A DNA stretch of 64,000 bases from the NCBI GenBank assembly GCA_951406725.2, contig OX597816.1, positions 175,832,001 to 175,896,000 of the forward strand, read 5' to 3'. Positions 25,715-38,929 of the stretch are shown in pieces; within the stretch, counting starts at the first letter, position 1; the number at the start of each line of letters is the position of its first letter. Under the pieces are notes generated by a model. The model was not told the origin of the DNA, ran no database searches, and saw only the letters and a list, made by a program, of their open reading frames with translations. Both the position numbers and the translations under genes were made by a program. The stretch is from Octopus vulgaris (lineage: Eukaryota).

Positions 25715-26800
25715 ATTATATTAATCCTTGCGAGGGTGCAGCCATATGGGGTCTACTATGCACAATATGCCTAAGGGTAATAATAGCTCATGGGAAGGCA
25801 TCTGCTGCAGTGCCAGTAACAGCTCTATACAACCTAGAGAGGGGTGCATACTCTTAATTGCTTTATCTACCAAGGTACTATCAATTTGGATAGCTGGTCC
25901 CTCTGTTGGATTGACATTTGGCAGACTCTCTTTTTCCCATTCATTCTCTTCATTTAGCAACCTCTCACAGTCTCTCTCTTTGCAGCCTCATTAAATGCAA
26001 GTGAGCCAGCATCCATATGGACACATTTCTCTCTCACACATTTTCTTGCAACATGAAACACTTCAAGTCTTTGGTCCCCACAATGAAGAACATTGGCAAA
26101 TATTTTCTAATCTGCTTCACATCCGGCGATCTCATACAGTTCTCTGCTACCACCATTCTTCCAGGCCTTCCATGCCTGTTTCTTCTCCCTAATGGCCCTG
26201 TCAATTCCATTGTTTGACCACCATCTAACCTTAGGTTGAGAGGGAACTTCACACCATCCATGGATCTAGTCAGTAGCCCTCAACAGGTTGTCCCGTAGGA
26301 ACCTCCAGTTGTCTTTCACATTATGTGATGCTATATCCTCTTCTTTTTCGCCAAAAGCTTCGAATAATATGTCTCTAAATCTCTGTCCATTCACAGGATC
26401 CTTAAGCTTCCAGACCCTTTGTTTCCATGCTAGACATCTTCTGGGCATTCATTTAGTCCTGATCCTGAAGTCACTAACTGCTAACTTATGTTATGCATTC
26501 TTCACCTGGGAAGGTTTTGGCATTCGTAAGTAGCCATCTTTCCTGTTTCCTGGTGAAAATGTAGTCAATCTGACTAGTGTGTCCACCAGACTGGTTGGTG
26601 AACAGGTAACTAGCAGGTTTCCTGAAGTTAGTATTAAAAACCAAAACACATTTGCATCTCACAGTCTAGTTCCCTCCTCATTGTGGGAACCAAATCCATA
26701 GCCACCATGTATGCTATGGAAGCTCCCTGCATGTTGTCAAACATGCCCATTGAAGTCACCAGCCACAAAGAGAAGGTCTCTGTCATTTGTTGACGAGGTT
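25715..26800 (-). mobile_element. RTE LINE fragment (endonuclease to linker)
   Basis: IDYIF and WKLKDPVNGQRFRD motifs; inverted relative to 29740-30430. Confidence 0.75.
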
Positions 26801-26939
26801 TTCTGCATATATATATATATATATATATACACAGATATATACCAGGGGCATGCACTCTCAGGTATGCAAGGTATGCGCTGCATGCCTTCTTTGTTTTAAA
26901 GAAAATCCGTCCAGTTGTTTTAGAAATATTTTGTCTCCC

Positions 26940-27240
26940 CTTTCCCTCTCTCAGTGACTTGTACTTCTGCTTTGAGAAATGCTTTGAGAAGATTGCATGA
27001 CACACACTCCTTCTCTGTCCGTGTTAGTTTGTCCTTCCTTCCTCTCTCTCTCTTAGTGACTCGATAAATTCAATGTGGCGTGTCATGCTTTGAGAAGACC
27101 ACATGACACCCCCTCTATCTCTTTGTTAGTTTGTCCCTCCTTTCTCTCTCCCTTAGTGACTTGTTTAAAAGATATGCTAGGAGGAATGGTCATTCATAAT
27201 AGTTTGTACCCCCTTCTTCTCTCTCAGTGATTCGACAGTT
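26940..27240 (+). repeat. Degenerate tandem repeat of ~90-100 bp within an unclassified element (~26843-27760)
   Basis: Recurring CTCTCTC.TAGTGACT...TGCTTTGAGAAGA...TGTTAGTTTGTCC. Confidence 0.55.
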
Positions 27241-27879
27241 TTAAAAATTTTTGTGGTATTTTAGTACATATTTTAATGTTATATCATTTCAGATTTTTAT
27301 TACACCAATGTATTATAACTTTTAAATCTAAAATTCACTGTTTTATGTATCACATCCATATTTATCTATTTATATGTATTTATATATATTATATATTTGG
27401 AATTTTTATATCCGTTTTATAAATGTAGAAGAATATATGTATATATATTTGATTTTGAGTGTGGTTATTAATTACGTTCTTCTAGTTTCTGCCTGCATTG
27501 CCTCCATTTGAAATTATTAAGCGGTGCTTATGTGTGTGTAGATATTGGATAATAAAATGAATGGTTTACACCTGGAAGCCAACTGGGAAAGCACTGTCGC
27601 TTTCACAGTGATCGTTAATTGGCAAATGAAAGACAGAAGATGGAATATATAAGAATTTATTATCAATCACGGCAATTATTTTGACACATCTAGCATCAAT
27701 CCCTCACAGGTAGAACACTCAGTAATTGGTTCAGGAGCATCTGGCAGTGCCGGTGTATCTCTTTGGGTGATATATATATATATACACACACAGATATATA
27801 TATATATACATATATATATATACATACATATAAATACACACACACACACACATACACACACACACATATATATATATAT

Positions 27880-28500
27880 ACATAGAAGCCATAGTGATTA
27901 ATAATGAAAAGGAATACTGGTGGAATGTATCAGTGAAGACTTCAGTAAAATGTAAGCACAACAGACCTGATATAATGATTTGGGATAGAGGAAGAGAAAC
28001 TGTGCACAGTTGTAGAAATTAGCTGCCCAGCGGATGTTAACATAAAGCTGAAGATCAGTGAAAAAGAGAACACCTATGTTGAACTATTGAGAAATCTACA
28101 TTTACTCTATTACAGATTACAAGTTCAGGTTTATACCTGTAATTATTGAGATCCTGGGATATATAACACACTGCCTAAATGCCAATCTTGAGAAATTAGT
28201 GCTTCTCAAAACCAGGAAAGAGAAAGCTAATTCACAGGCTACAGATCTAATCCATCACTAAAACTGCAAAAATCTGTGAAACTTCCGAGAAGTTTATCAT
28301 TTAAATATATATGAGCATGCCTAGACATGTAACTACAAGCATGAGAATACATACATAAAACAAACAAATCTGCACATACATACATACATACAAATATACC
28401 CTGTTGTTGATGTTGAAATTCCAATGAAGGAACCTTGGATCTAGGTTAGAAACCAGTTCTTTCTCTATTGGCAAGAAATCTTGAAATAAACTGAATGACA
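27880..28500 (+). mobile_element. REL-type non-LTR 3' end with 3' UTR
   Basis: EYWWNVSVKT..HNRPDIMIWD and EKENTYVELLRNL motifs. Confidence 0.65.
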
Positions 28501-28729
28501 GACAGAGAGACATACATACACATATATATATGTGTGTATATACATAATAGTTGAAAGAAAAGACGAGGACAGGTGTCTGAACACCAAGCAGGTGTATCAG
28601 TTTCATGCTCAGGAAAATGAAAAAGTCTTTTACGTTTCGAGCCTATGCTCTTCAACAAAAAGGAATAATAGAAAAATAAACAGAGAGAGAATATATGTAC
28701 ATAGTTACATACATACATACAAACAACAT

Positions 28730-29280
28730 ATATGTATGCTGGACTCTCCCATCTCCAAGACAATGTATGAGCATTCAGCTTTTGCTGAATGACCTGCACA
28801 AATGATTTGTTTATAGTGACCCATGGCCTATGCCAGTGCAGCATAGCCAGCCCATTCAAGAGTACCCTTCAATCATTGGTCAATAAACTGTGCTTGCGAA
28901 GACCTGTTGGGTCAAATGAAGTCATTGTCATGGCTGATGCCAGTACTGCCTGACTGGCACCCAGGCCAGTGGCATGTAAAAGGCACCATTCAAGTGTAGT
29001 TGTTGCCAGTGCCGCCTGAGTGGCTCCCATGCAGGTGGCTTGTAAAAAGTACCATTCAAGCGTAGTCGATGCCGGTACCGCCTGAGTGACCCTCATGCCT
29101 GTGGCACGTAAAAAGCATCCACTACACTCTCGGAGTGGTTGGTGTTAGGAAGGGCATCCAGCTGTAGAAACCTTGCCAGATCAGATTGGAGCCCGGTAGA
29201 CTTCTGGCTTGCCAGTCCTCAGTCAAACCATCCAACCCATACCAACATGGAAAGTGGATGTTAAACAACGATGATGATGT
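28730..29280 (+). mobile_element. RTE-type 3' end with internal VNTR and (GAT)n tail
   Basis: Same terminus as 32400-32570 and 60235-60411. Confidence 0.75.
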
Positions 29281-31049
29281 TCCAATGTTTGTGCTGCACT
29301 GTATACCCCACATCAGATGTTGAAATGATCACAGGGCAATGTGAGATGAAGCGTTTTGCTCATGAACTCAATTGTTGCAGTGTCAAAGACTTTAGTACAC
29401 TTTCAAACAATAATTTTTTGTATGGTTCACTCCAGTTATTTATGTAATGAAAAGTAATAAAAAATAATAATAATAATAATAATAATAATAGAACTACATT
29501 ATCCAATGGCGAAGCAAACCTGTAAGTTTTTACTTTCTCTAATAACTTCTACAATCATATCCCTTTAAATCGTTGACATAATTCTCATGTGTTTTTATCA
29601 TTCTTTGCTTTGCTGTTTTGATTTTCTTGTGGCGAAGTTAGCCGTTTCTTTCATTTCCTGTTCGCAAAGCTAACCATTTCTTTCTTCCATTTCCCTATTG
29701 TCCTTTTCTGCAAAGAATGTAACCCCCACCACCTAGCATAGGCTAGTCATTAGCAAGTTCAGACACCCGGCCAGAAGGATGCCAAGAAGCAGACCAATTT
29801 GGAAAAGAAGGATTTGGAAGCTTAAGGACCCTTCATATGATCAGAGATTTAGGGACATCTTGAGAAATTTGATGAGAGGGAGAAGATGCAAACTTGTGAC
29901 ATAGAGACCAACTGAGAATTCCTGTGAGATAGCTTGCTGAGTGCCACAGACCAAATCTGTAGCTAGTGCAAAGTCCCTTCCAGACCTAGAGTAACGTGGT
30001 AGTGGAACGATACTGTAGACAGGGCTATAAGAGCAAAGAAACAGGCCTGGAAGAGTGGCGGCAGCAAGGAACTGTATGAGATAGCCAGAAAGGAAGCTAG
30101 GAGACCAGTATATCTAGCCAAAGGAGAAGCAAAAAAGAGGTTTGCCTATGTTTAGCATCGTGAGGACCAAAGAACTGAAGTATTTTGGACTGCAAGACAG
30201 TGTGTGAGAGAAAATTGTGATGTTACAGGAGAGAAATGTGTCCGCATGAATGATGGTGCACTTGTATTTAATGAGTCTGCAAAGAAAGAGGTTTGGAGAT
30301 GCCATTATGAAAGACTGTTGAACGTGGACAATGAATAGGATAGTCTGCCAAATGTTGACCCAACTGAGGGACGAGCTACCTGAATCAACAGTATGATGGT
30401 AGATAAAGCAACTAAGGACATGATGACAGGGAAAGTTCCTGGCCCAACAGGAATCACCGCTGAGATGTTTTAAATATCTGGTGGTGTGGGTTATGGTCTA
30501 GTCACTGATATTGTAAATCAGGTGGTTCATGAAAAAGTCATACCCAATGACTAGTGTAGCAGCACCATAGTCAACTTAGAAATAATTACAGAGGTATCAA
30601 ATTGTTGGATCAGGTAATAAAAGCTACGGAGAGAGTCATAGCCCAACTAATTAGGGAGAGAGTTAGTCTAGATGAGATGCAGTTTGGGTTTGTGCCAGGT
30701 AGAAACACCACTGATATTTCTGATAAGGCAACTGCAGGAGAAATACCTAGCCAAAGATAAACTTTTGATCCCCCGTCTGGTGGTCAATGCGGAAACTAGG
30801 GATAGACAAGTAAGGATTTACCAAGGTTTGGTGCTCAGCCCCCTCACAGTCCTCCAGCCAATAACAGAAGAATTTAAGACAGGCTGCCCCTGGGAGCTCC
30901 TCTATGCTGATGACTTTGCTCTTATAGTTAAATCACTACCTGAACTAGAGGAGAAGTTTCAAGTATGGAAGTAAGGTTTAGAATCAAAGGGCCTTAGAGT
31001 TAACCTAGCAAAAACTAAAGTCTTAGTAAGTAGGAAAGCAGACAAATCA

Positions 31050-31188
31050 CAAATCCCTTCAGGTAGGTGGCCCTGCTCAATCTGTAGAAAAGGTGTAGGC
31101 AGAAACTCCATAAGATGCACCATCTTATGGAGTTTCTGCCTACACCTTTTCTACAGATTGAGCAAGGCCACCTACCTGAAGGGATTTG
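31050..31188. repeat. Fold-back inverted repeat, 68-bp arms, 3-nt loop
   Basis: Arms 31050-31117 and 31121-31188, 1 mismatch. Confidence 0.97.
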
Positions 31189-31929
31189 GATACATAAAAG
31201 GTGCAGCAACATCAGAGGAAGATTAACAGGAAAACTAACTTTTGTATGTGGAAGGCGCACAGGTACAATAAACACTGAAAATGCGCAGAAAATAGACTCC
31301 ATCAACTGCCAGGGGGGCATGGTAGAGGTAATAGATAGCTTCCATTATTTAGGTGACCAAGTTAGTAATGGAGGCAGATGCTCCAAGAGCATAGCTGTGA
31401 GAATAAGATTAAGCTGGACAAAGTTGAGAAAGCTCCTACCCCTGCTAGAAACAAAGGGCCTCTCTCTCAGAGAGGAAGACAGATTGTTTGATGCCTGTGT
31501 GCAAACAGCCATGCTGCATGGCAGTGAAACATGGGCTATGATAGCCAAGGACATGCATAGTCTTGAAAGAAATGAAGCCAGTATGCGTTACTGGATGTGC
31601 AATGTCAGTATGCATGTTCGACAGAGTGTAAGTATCTTGACAGAAAAGTTAGGCGTAAGAGGAATCAGATGTGGTGTGCAAGACAGACAACTGCACTGAT
31701 GTGGTCATGTGATGTGTATGTATAAGGAGAGCTATGTAAAGAAGTGCTGATCTCTAATTGTGGAGGGAACCTGTGGTAGAGGTTGACCCAGGAAGACATA
31801 GGGTGAGGTGGTGAAGCATGAACTTCAAACTTTGAGCCTCACAGAGGCAACGACTGGTGACTGAGACCTTTGGCAATGTACTGTGCTTGAGAGGACCTGT
31901 AAAGCCAAGTGAATGTCGGGTTTGATGGA

Positions 31930-32225
31930 GGCCAAGTGGCTGAGTTCCTTTCAAGCATTGGGCCCCACAAAGGAAAAGTGAATGGGTTCCATTTGAGCAT
32001 TGGGCTACACGGGGGCAAAGTGACTGAGTTTCTCTCAAGCATTGGGCCCCACAAAGGAAAAGTGAATGGGTTCTATTTGAGCATTGGGCTACACGGGGGC
32101 AAAGTGACTGAGTTTCTCTCAAGCATTGGGTCTGACAGAGGTAAAGTGGCTGAGTTCCTTTCGAGTGTTAGGCCACATGGCAGCAAGGTGTCTGAGTTCC
32201 TTTTGAGTGTTGGGCCTCACAGAGG
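31930..32225 (+). repeat. 42-bp minisatellite (~7 units) in RTE 3' UTR
   Basis: AAGTGRCTGAGTT...AGCATTGGG units; 14-aa periodicity in ORF 31909..32340. Confidence 0.85.
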
Positions 32226-33663
32226 CAATAACCAAGACCTTCGGCATTATGTCATGCTTGAGAAGAAGACCCATCAAGCCAAGCAAAATCACAGCTATAG
32301 CCGATACCAGTGTCACACAAAATGGCACCCATGCCAGTGACATGTAAATGCACCCCAGTGACATGTAAATGCACCCCAGTGTCATGCAAATGGCACTTGT
32401 ACTGGTGGCACATAAAAGTACCCATTAAACTCTCAGAGTGGTTGGCATAAAAAGGGCATCCAGGCATAGAAAATCATGTCAAATCAGACCAGAGTCTGGT
32501 GCAGCCTTCCAGTGTACCAGCCCAGTCAAACCATCCAACCCATGCCAGCATGGACAATGGATTGATGATGAACTTTCTCTTTGTAAGGAAGTAGTATGTA
32601 ATTTGTAGGAGATTCAGTTAGTATTCTGGCAATTCAAACAACTACATACAGGTTTTCATGCTTGTTTGTTAGAATAGTAGTTTATACAGATGGATACCTA
32701 TCCAACTTAATGAGTAGAATGCCTTTCTTTTGTCCTTTGTGAGCAAGGCTCTCTAGCACAAACAGTATTATTTAAAAGGGACAAATAGCAAGAGCTAAAT
32801 TTACAACAATGTAATCAGTTGTCTATACTTAAATTCTATGACACTGTGAATTTGTAAAAATGTTTGTTACAGACATACATAAAAAGTGCACATATGTAAT
32901 TCAAATTGTTAAATTTGTTAATTAAACTTATGGAAATCTATCTGATTTATAATTTCCATAAAATCTAATAGTTTCATTTCATCTTGGAACATAAAACACA
33001 TCAGAGCAAGAGAGAGAGTGAGAGAGAGGAGAAAAAAAGAGAAAAGAAAAAGAGGAATCAAAACTAAATGAATTGATTCCTAGATTACTATAAAGCATTT
33101 TGACTTTATTACCTTAAGTTACGTAAGTTTTGTGAAGTAATTTCAATTACAACTCAAATGCAGCACTTTATCAATAAGTTTATCATGGAACATCAATCTA
33201 AGGAATATGCTGTTTTTATCTACAACAGAGGTAGTCATAAAGTATTTTAAAAGGGAGAGAGCTGTGGAGTAAAGTTAGCTCATAGGGAGATGAATCTGCC
33301 ATTTGATTTTAATTCTTAGTTCTAGCCTTTGTTTTTGTTATTTATTTATTTATTTTTTTGCAATTAATATTTTGAGGTAAGTCATGGAAGTTGTACAAGC
33401 ATATTTCTCTTCCCTTATATAATAAACCAAATTATAAAATATATTAGCCTTTGAAAATATTAATACATTAGTAAGAAAATAAGGAGTTTACTGACATATC
33501 TAAGCCATCTTATGAAAAGTATGAGGAAAAGGAAGGGATGAAAAAGAAAGAAACATAAGGTGAGTACTATAGAAGGGGAAGAAATAAAAGGCGTTGAATG
33601 ATAATGGTAATAACAGTTACAGAGTAACTGTTGGGAGGAAATGAAAAAAAAATTTAAGCAAAC

Positions 33664-33779
33664 CTGTTTCCTGAAACATCCATGACATGAAGTTCCTTCA
33701 AATTGCCCAATTCTTGGGGAAGTCGAAGCAAGCGGTTATCTCGCAGAGATAAAACCCCAAGTTTGGAACATTTTCCAAT
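33664..33779 (-). CDS. scrib: scribble homolog exon (LRRs), IGKCSKLGVLSLRDNRLLRLPQELGNLKELHVMDVSGN(R)
   Basis: 116 nt, ttttag/gtttgc, phase 0-2; VLSLRDNRL and LHVxDVSGNR motifs. Confidence 0.92.
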
Positions 33780-34223
33780 CTAAAAAGAACAGACAACAGT
33801 AAATCATATCTACAGCAATTTTCAAAACAGCAAAGAAATAAGTCACGTATATGTTTAACAATTCAAATTAAGATTAACAATAAAACTCAGTACATATTAA
33901 AGCAGCAGCTTATAACATAACAGGGAGTATTTCTTAGTTCATTAGATGAGGCAGAGCAAAACTGCTAAAGCATCAGATGAAATGCCATAATTTATTTGTT
34001 CTGTCTCTTGACAGGATGAGATAAAATGCTGATGAGGTTAATTTTGCCTATCGATCTTCTGGAGTTGATGAAATAAAGCACCAGTTGATTACTGCGGTTG
34101 ATTTAATTGACTAACCCCTCCTACATATTTGTAGCCTTTTACTTTTATTAGAAATGGTTATACAATGATCAATAGGTCCATTTGAATGTTTAAAAAGCAA
34201 CTTATCTTATAGAATAAATCCAG

Positions 34224-34254
<31 letters not shown>

Positions 34255-34399
34255 AAACAACATTTACAGCAACAATGAGAGATGCATGAAAATGAGGAAC
34301 AGAAAGCATCATTAAAAGCAACCAAGACAACAACCATCCCAGCCACAAGAGACAGAGCAGCTACAGCAACCATTCATGAACAAGCCCCTTCAATTATAC

Positions 34400-34825
34400 A
34401 TCATCATCATCATCGTTTAGCGTCCGCTTTCCATGCTGGCATGGGTTGGTCGGTGCAACTGGGGTCTGGGAAGCCAGAAGGCTGCACTAGGCCCAGTCTG
34501 ATCTGGCAATGTTTCTACGGCTGGATGCCCTTCCTAACGCCAACCACTCCAAGAGTGTAGTGGGTGCTTTTTATGTGCCACCTGCACAGGTGCCAGACAA
34601 GTCTGGCAAACGGCCACGGTCGGATGGTGCTTTTTACGTGCCACTGGCACGGAGGCCAGGCAAGGCTGGCAACAGCCATGATCGGGTGGTGCTTTTTACG
34701 TGCCAACTGCACAGGTGCCAGACAAGTCTGGCAAACGGCCACAGTCGGATGGTGCTTTTTACGTCCATGATCGGGTGGTGCTTTTTACGTGCCACCAGCA
34801 CGGAAGCCAGTCAGGGCGGCACTGA
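34400..34825 (-). mobile_element. RTE-type 3' end with expanded VNTR
   Basis: (CAT)n-CGTTTA..TCCATGCTGGCATGGG terminus; about 5 GGTGCTTTTTACGT units. Confidence 0.8.
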
Positions 34826-34864
34826 AAGGAAAAGTTATCTGAAAGTTAAAGGAAAATGAAGAGT

Positions 34865-35225
34865 TTATTTTAATTTGCTTCAGTCATTAGACTGAGGCGT
34901 CACCCTGAAGGGTTTTAGTTGAATGAACCAACCCAAGTACTTTTTTTAAAGCCTGGTGTTTATTTTATTGGTCTCATTTGTTGAACTGCCAAGTTACAGG
35001 GATGTAAACACACTAATACCAGTTGCCAAGAACAAACACAGACAGACACACACACACACACACATGATGGGCTTTCTCCAGTTTCTGCCTACCAAGCTCA
35101 CTCACAAGGCTTTGGTCAGTTCAATGCTATAGAAGATGCTAACTGAAGGTGCCACGCAGTGGGACTGAACCCAGAACCATGTGGTTGAGAATCAACCTTC
35201 TTACCACACAACCACACCTGCGCCT
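34865..35225 (-). mobile_element. SINE family A, diverged copy
   Basis: Homology to 16479-16877. Confidence 0.8.
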
Positions 35226-35559
35226 ATGTTTGTGGGCAAAATTTTAACAACAGGTGAGGGCTTTGGTGCACTCTCCCCTTCCAAAACACTACAAGAGAAA
35301 GTACTACTAAGAACTACATAATGGTCAGACTTTCCATCAGTTACAACAAGAGTTCCAGCTGACAAGTGTTCAACTACACTGACAATATGCTGTGTTTTAA
35401 GAAAGCATTGCCCACATGATGTGGAACATTCTAAAAATTTATTGAACAGAAAAATTTTGGAGGACCTGAAAAGTACAAAGGCCCTGAAAAAGAATAAACC
35501 AAAAATTAGGTTAAGTGACTGACCCTCTTTTTTTTATTTTGTTTGTTTCTTTCCTTCCT

Positions 35560-36660
35560 CCTGAAATAGCAATATTGAGAATAGGATGTATAAATGCTCA
35601 TGGTGGAGAGACAGGGAAGCCGGGACATCTGATCAGTTATCTCATGTTACCATGTAGGAATGCAGTAGCCATTAGTGAAACCAGGACTTCTAAAACACAG
35701 TAATTTACCTATCTTTTAGAAGCCTATGTGGCCTAAGCCACTTATCCAGATTAAGTGAAGTAGGCCTGGATTAAGTGGTATGGCAGTGCTGTTTCAGAAT
35801 GGCCTTGACATAAAGGTGAGTGCAGTTTTTCTAATCCTGGTTGATAGACTGATACCTTTGGATGTAAGCAGCAATAAGGGTGATAATGCTGCCTTCAGAC
35901 TAGTGGCTCTTTATGATTCAACAGCCAGGTTTCTTTAGTCTTCAATGTTAATGGGAAGACTATATGGGAACAATGGATAGGAGAGTAGGGTGCAAAATCC
36001 TTGAAAAAAATCTCTAGCACAGCCAACTGCCTGACAGGTTTTGCCCCAATTCCCCTAATGTGCTAATATAGGCATGATCAAAATCATAGTGGATCATTTA
36101 GATAGGATTTTTGTCAGGTTTGCAAATAATTTAGTATAAGTTGTCCACAGCTTCACACCACAAATTCGTAACCTTTACAATCATTTTAGCAAGACAAATA
36201 GACAAGGACCTGGTTACAGGAAAATGAATGGTGCAAGAAGATTTCAGGGATTTGACTATGCACTAGTGAAGTGGAAATTGACAGGGGCCATCATCAACAA
36301 CAGTTGATGGGTTTCACTATAATGAAAAGTCAGAGAAGCATTTTTTAGTTGTAACAATGAAATAGAAGAAAAACTAGTTTCATAGAGGAGATATTGTAAG
36401 AATAGTGCTAGTGGCAAGAATGGCCCTTTGACCATTACTTTGCAGTGAAATATAAAGGGTGTGCCGTCCAAGTGAAACATGTGGGCATGAAAGCTGTCGG
36501 TTGGACTCAACTAATGAAGCTGTAACAACAAAGTTAGAATTAAGTCCAAGATGGATTGCAACAGGCATGAGCTTTCTAGTTTCAAACACATGAATGTTGC
36601 TTTCCTTCCGCACTTTGACAGTGTTTTCAAGGAACAGTGGACTGAGATAGTGGACTGTCC
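35560..36660 (+). mobile_element. Highly decayed L1/Tx1-like APE-endonuclease region
   Basis: LRIGCINAHG, AISETR and LDRIF remnants. Confidence 0.4.
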
Positions 36661-36879
36661 TTTTCTAAAAGCTACACGGCTTAAACAGAAGTACTAAGAA
36701 GCTACTCACAATGTACAATGTATACCATCCTAAAAGTAATACTGACAGGCTCTACCTACCTGAAAGGAAGGTTGCAGAGGATTGCTAAACTATGTTGTAT
36801 GTAGTGAAGGAAGAATAGTATGCACAACTAGAAATATCAAACAATAAATGAAACAGTAAGAGCATTCAAGAACAGGCGG

Positions 36880-37550
36880 TAAAACAACAGAATAAGTAGA
36901 TGGAGAAAAATGGAATTACATAGCCAATTTATGCAACAAATCAAGGATTTTGGAACTAAAGAATGCTCGTTGTGGCTGATAGACAGAAAGCAAAAATGAG
37001 AAATGAAAGATCTAAATATAGTTGCTTAGGAGCAAGAAATTAGAATGATAAAGACAAATATTGATAAAACTCTGTCAGAGAGCAAACACAGAATCTGTGG
37101 AAAAGGAAATGAAAGTATTGACCATCTCTTAAATAAATGCAGTAAGCTAGCATAGAAAGAGTATAAGCACAGGCATGATTGTGTCAGAAAAAAGTGCATT
37201 GAGATGTTAACTAAGTGTGTGGATTCAAAGTAGCAGAAAAGACAGATGAATGTGAACCAAAGGCTGTGATATAGAATAATAATTACAGGATTTTATGGGA
37301 TTCTGACATAAAGACTGAACAAGAAGATTAACTATGATCATAGTGGACAAATAAAAACAAATAGTGTAAGATCATAGATGTTGCAATACCTTATGGTAAT
37401 AGAGTGGATACCAAATAAGTTGAGAAATATCAAGATCCAGCCTGAGAGATGAAAACATTGCAGAAGACTAGTACCTAAGCGTCTGAAGAATACTGGAATT
37501 GAGACCTGCAGAAAAGTGCATTCCTGTTTTCTGCAAACATCTGTAGTGTA
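36880..37550 (+). mobile_element. Decayed R4-like non-LTR 3' fragment
   Basis: RICGKGNESIDHLLNKCSKLA.KEYKHRHD, ILWD and IIDVAIP motifs. Confidence 0.6.
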
Positions 37551-38724
37551 CACTCTAGTGAAATTCTTCTGCCTTTTATTATATATATGTACATTTGAAT
37601 GTAGCAGATAACAGCTAACCTTTGGCTGCTATATAATCAATCGGAGCTCTAAATAAGATCACATGAGACAATCTGTTCACAATCCAACTGTTCCTTATAA
37701 AAAATATATCATCTTCTTGACTTGTGGTCTTTGCTTCCAGGCCTTTTAAGGTCTAGCCACTGACCACACAAGACACAGCCAGTTCCAGCGACAATGCCAG
37801 ATGACCTGTCCAACAGCATTACAAACCTCCATCTTCATCACCACCATCATCTTCTTAACATCAACGTCATCTCTATATACACAGCTCAACAAGCGACTTG
37901 CACAGGTTCCAATACTGCACTATTTGTTAATTAATTCAGCATGGTTAACAACAAATATACAACCTGTGAGAACTCCTGTACAAGTGACCCAGGCAGTAGC
38001 ATTACAGCCACAACTTCATACGACATGTACCGCAATTCCAGCTCTGCATCATCGCCGCAACTTCTTGATACAATATTTCAACTACCGTCTGCTATTGACT
38101 ACGAACTGGTATTCTTCATTCTTGGTCTATGAACATTCGTCTAGCTTCTCATTATAAACTCTTTCACTGTCCTCTTTATTGCTATTTTTATATGCACTCA
38201 ACACACATGCATACATCCATGCCTATACACATACGCTTTGTTCTCATGATGGCCTGTCTATTATGCTGTATACATGGCGCACACACAGACATACACATTA
38301 ACATACCAATAAATCTTCTCTTAAACATTCTACTCAGTTGTGCGTCTCTTTCCCCTCTGGTATTATTCCAGCCTTCTGAATGGAGTCGTCATTAAATGGT
38401 TTCACCATGTGAAACCTTGGCCATCTATAAATCCTAAGATTCTTGAGATCTGAGGAGACTGTATGTCACCAAACCTCAAGACAACATTATAGTATGTAAT
38501 CATTTTAATAACATCATCATTATTATTATTAAGGTACCAATATGACAGAATTGGATACTGGACAAAGTGCTTAACAGCATTTTGTACAGTGTGCTTACAA
38601 TCTAATTGCAAATTCTGCTGAGATTGTCCTTGCCTTTCATCCTTTCGGGATCAGCAAAAAAAGTACTAGTGAAACACTAGACCCCTCTCCCCAAATTTCA
38701 AGCCTTGTGCCAAAAGTAGAAAGG

Positions 38725-38765
<41 letters not shown>

Positions 38766-38929
38766 AATGGCAAGCTTGCACAATTGTTAGCACAAAGGAC
38801 AAAATGCTTAGCAACATTTCTTCTGGCAATTTACATTCTAAATTCAAATTTCATTAAAATCAACTTTGCCTTTCATCATTTCGGGGCCAATAAAATAAGC
38901 CAGTTGAGCGCTGGGGTCAATGTAATTAA

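Larger units (their letters stand above)
29725..32570 (+). mobile_element. 5'-truncated RTE LINE with long 3' UTR
   Basis: LLYADDF, YLGDQV and LHGSETW motifs; multiple stops; CCATCCAACCCATGCCAGCATGG...(GAT)n terminus. Confidence 0.9.
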
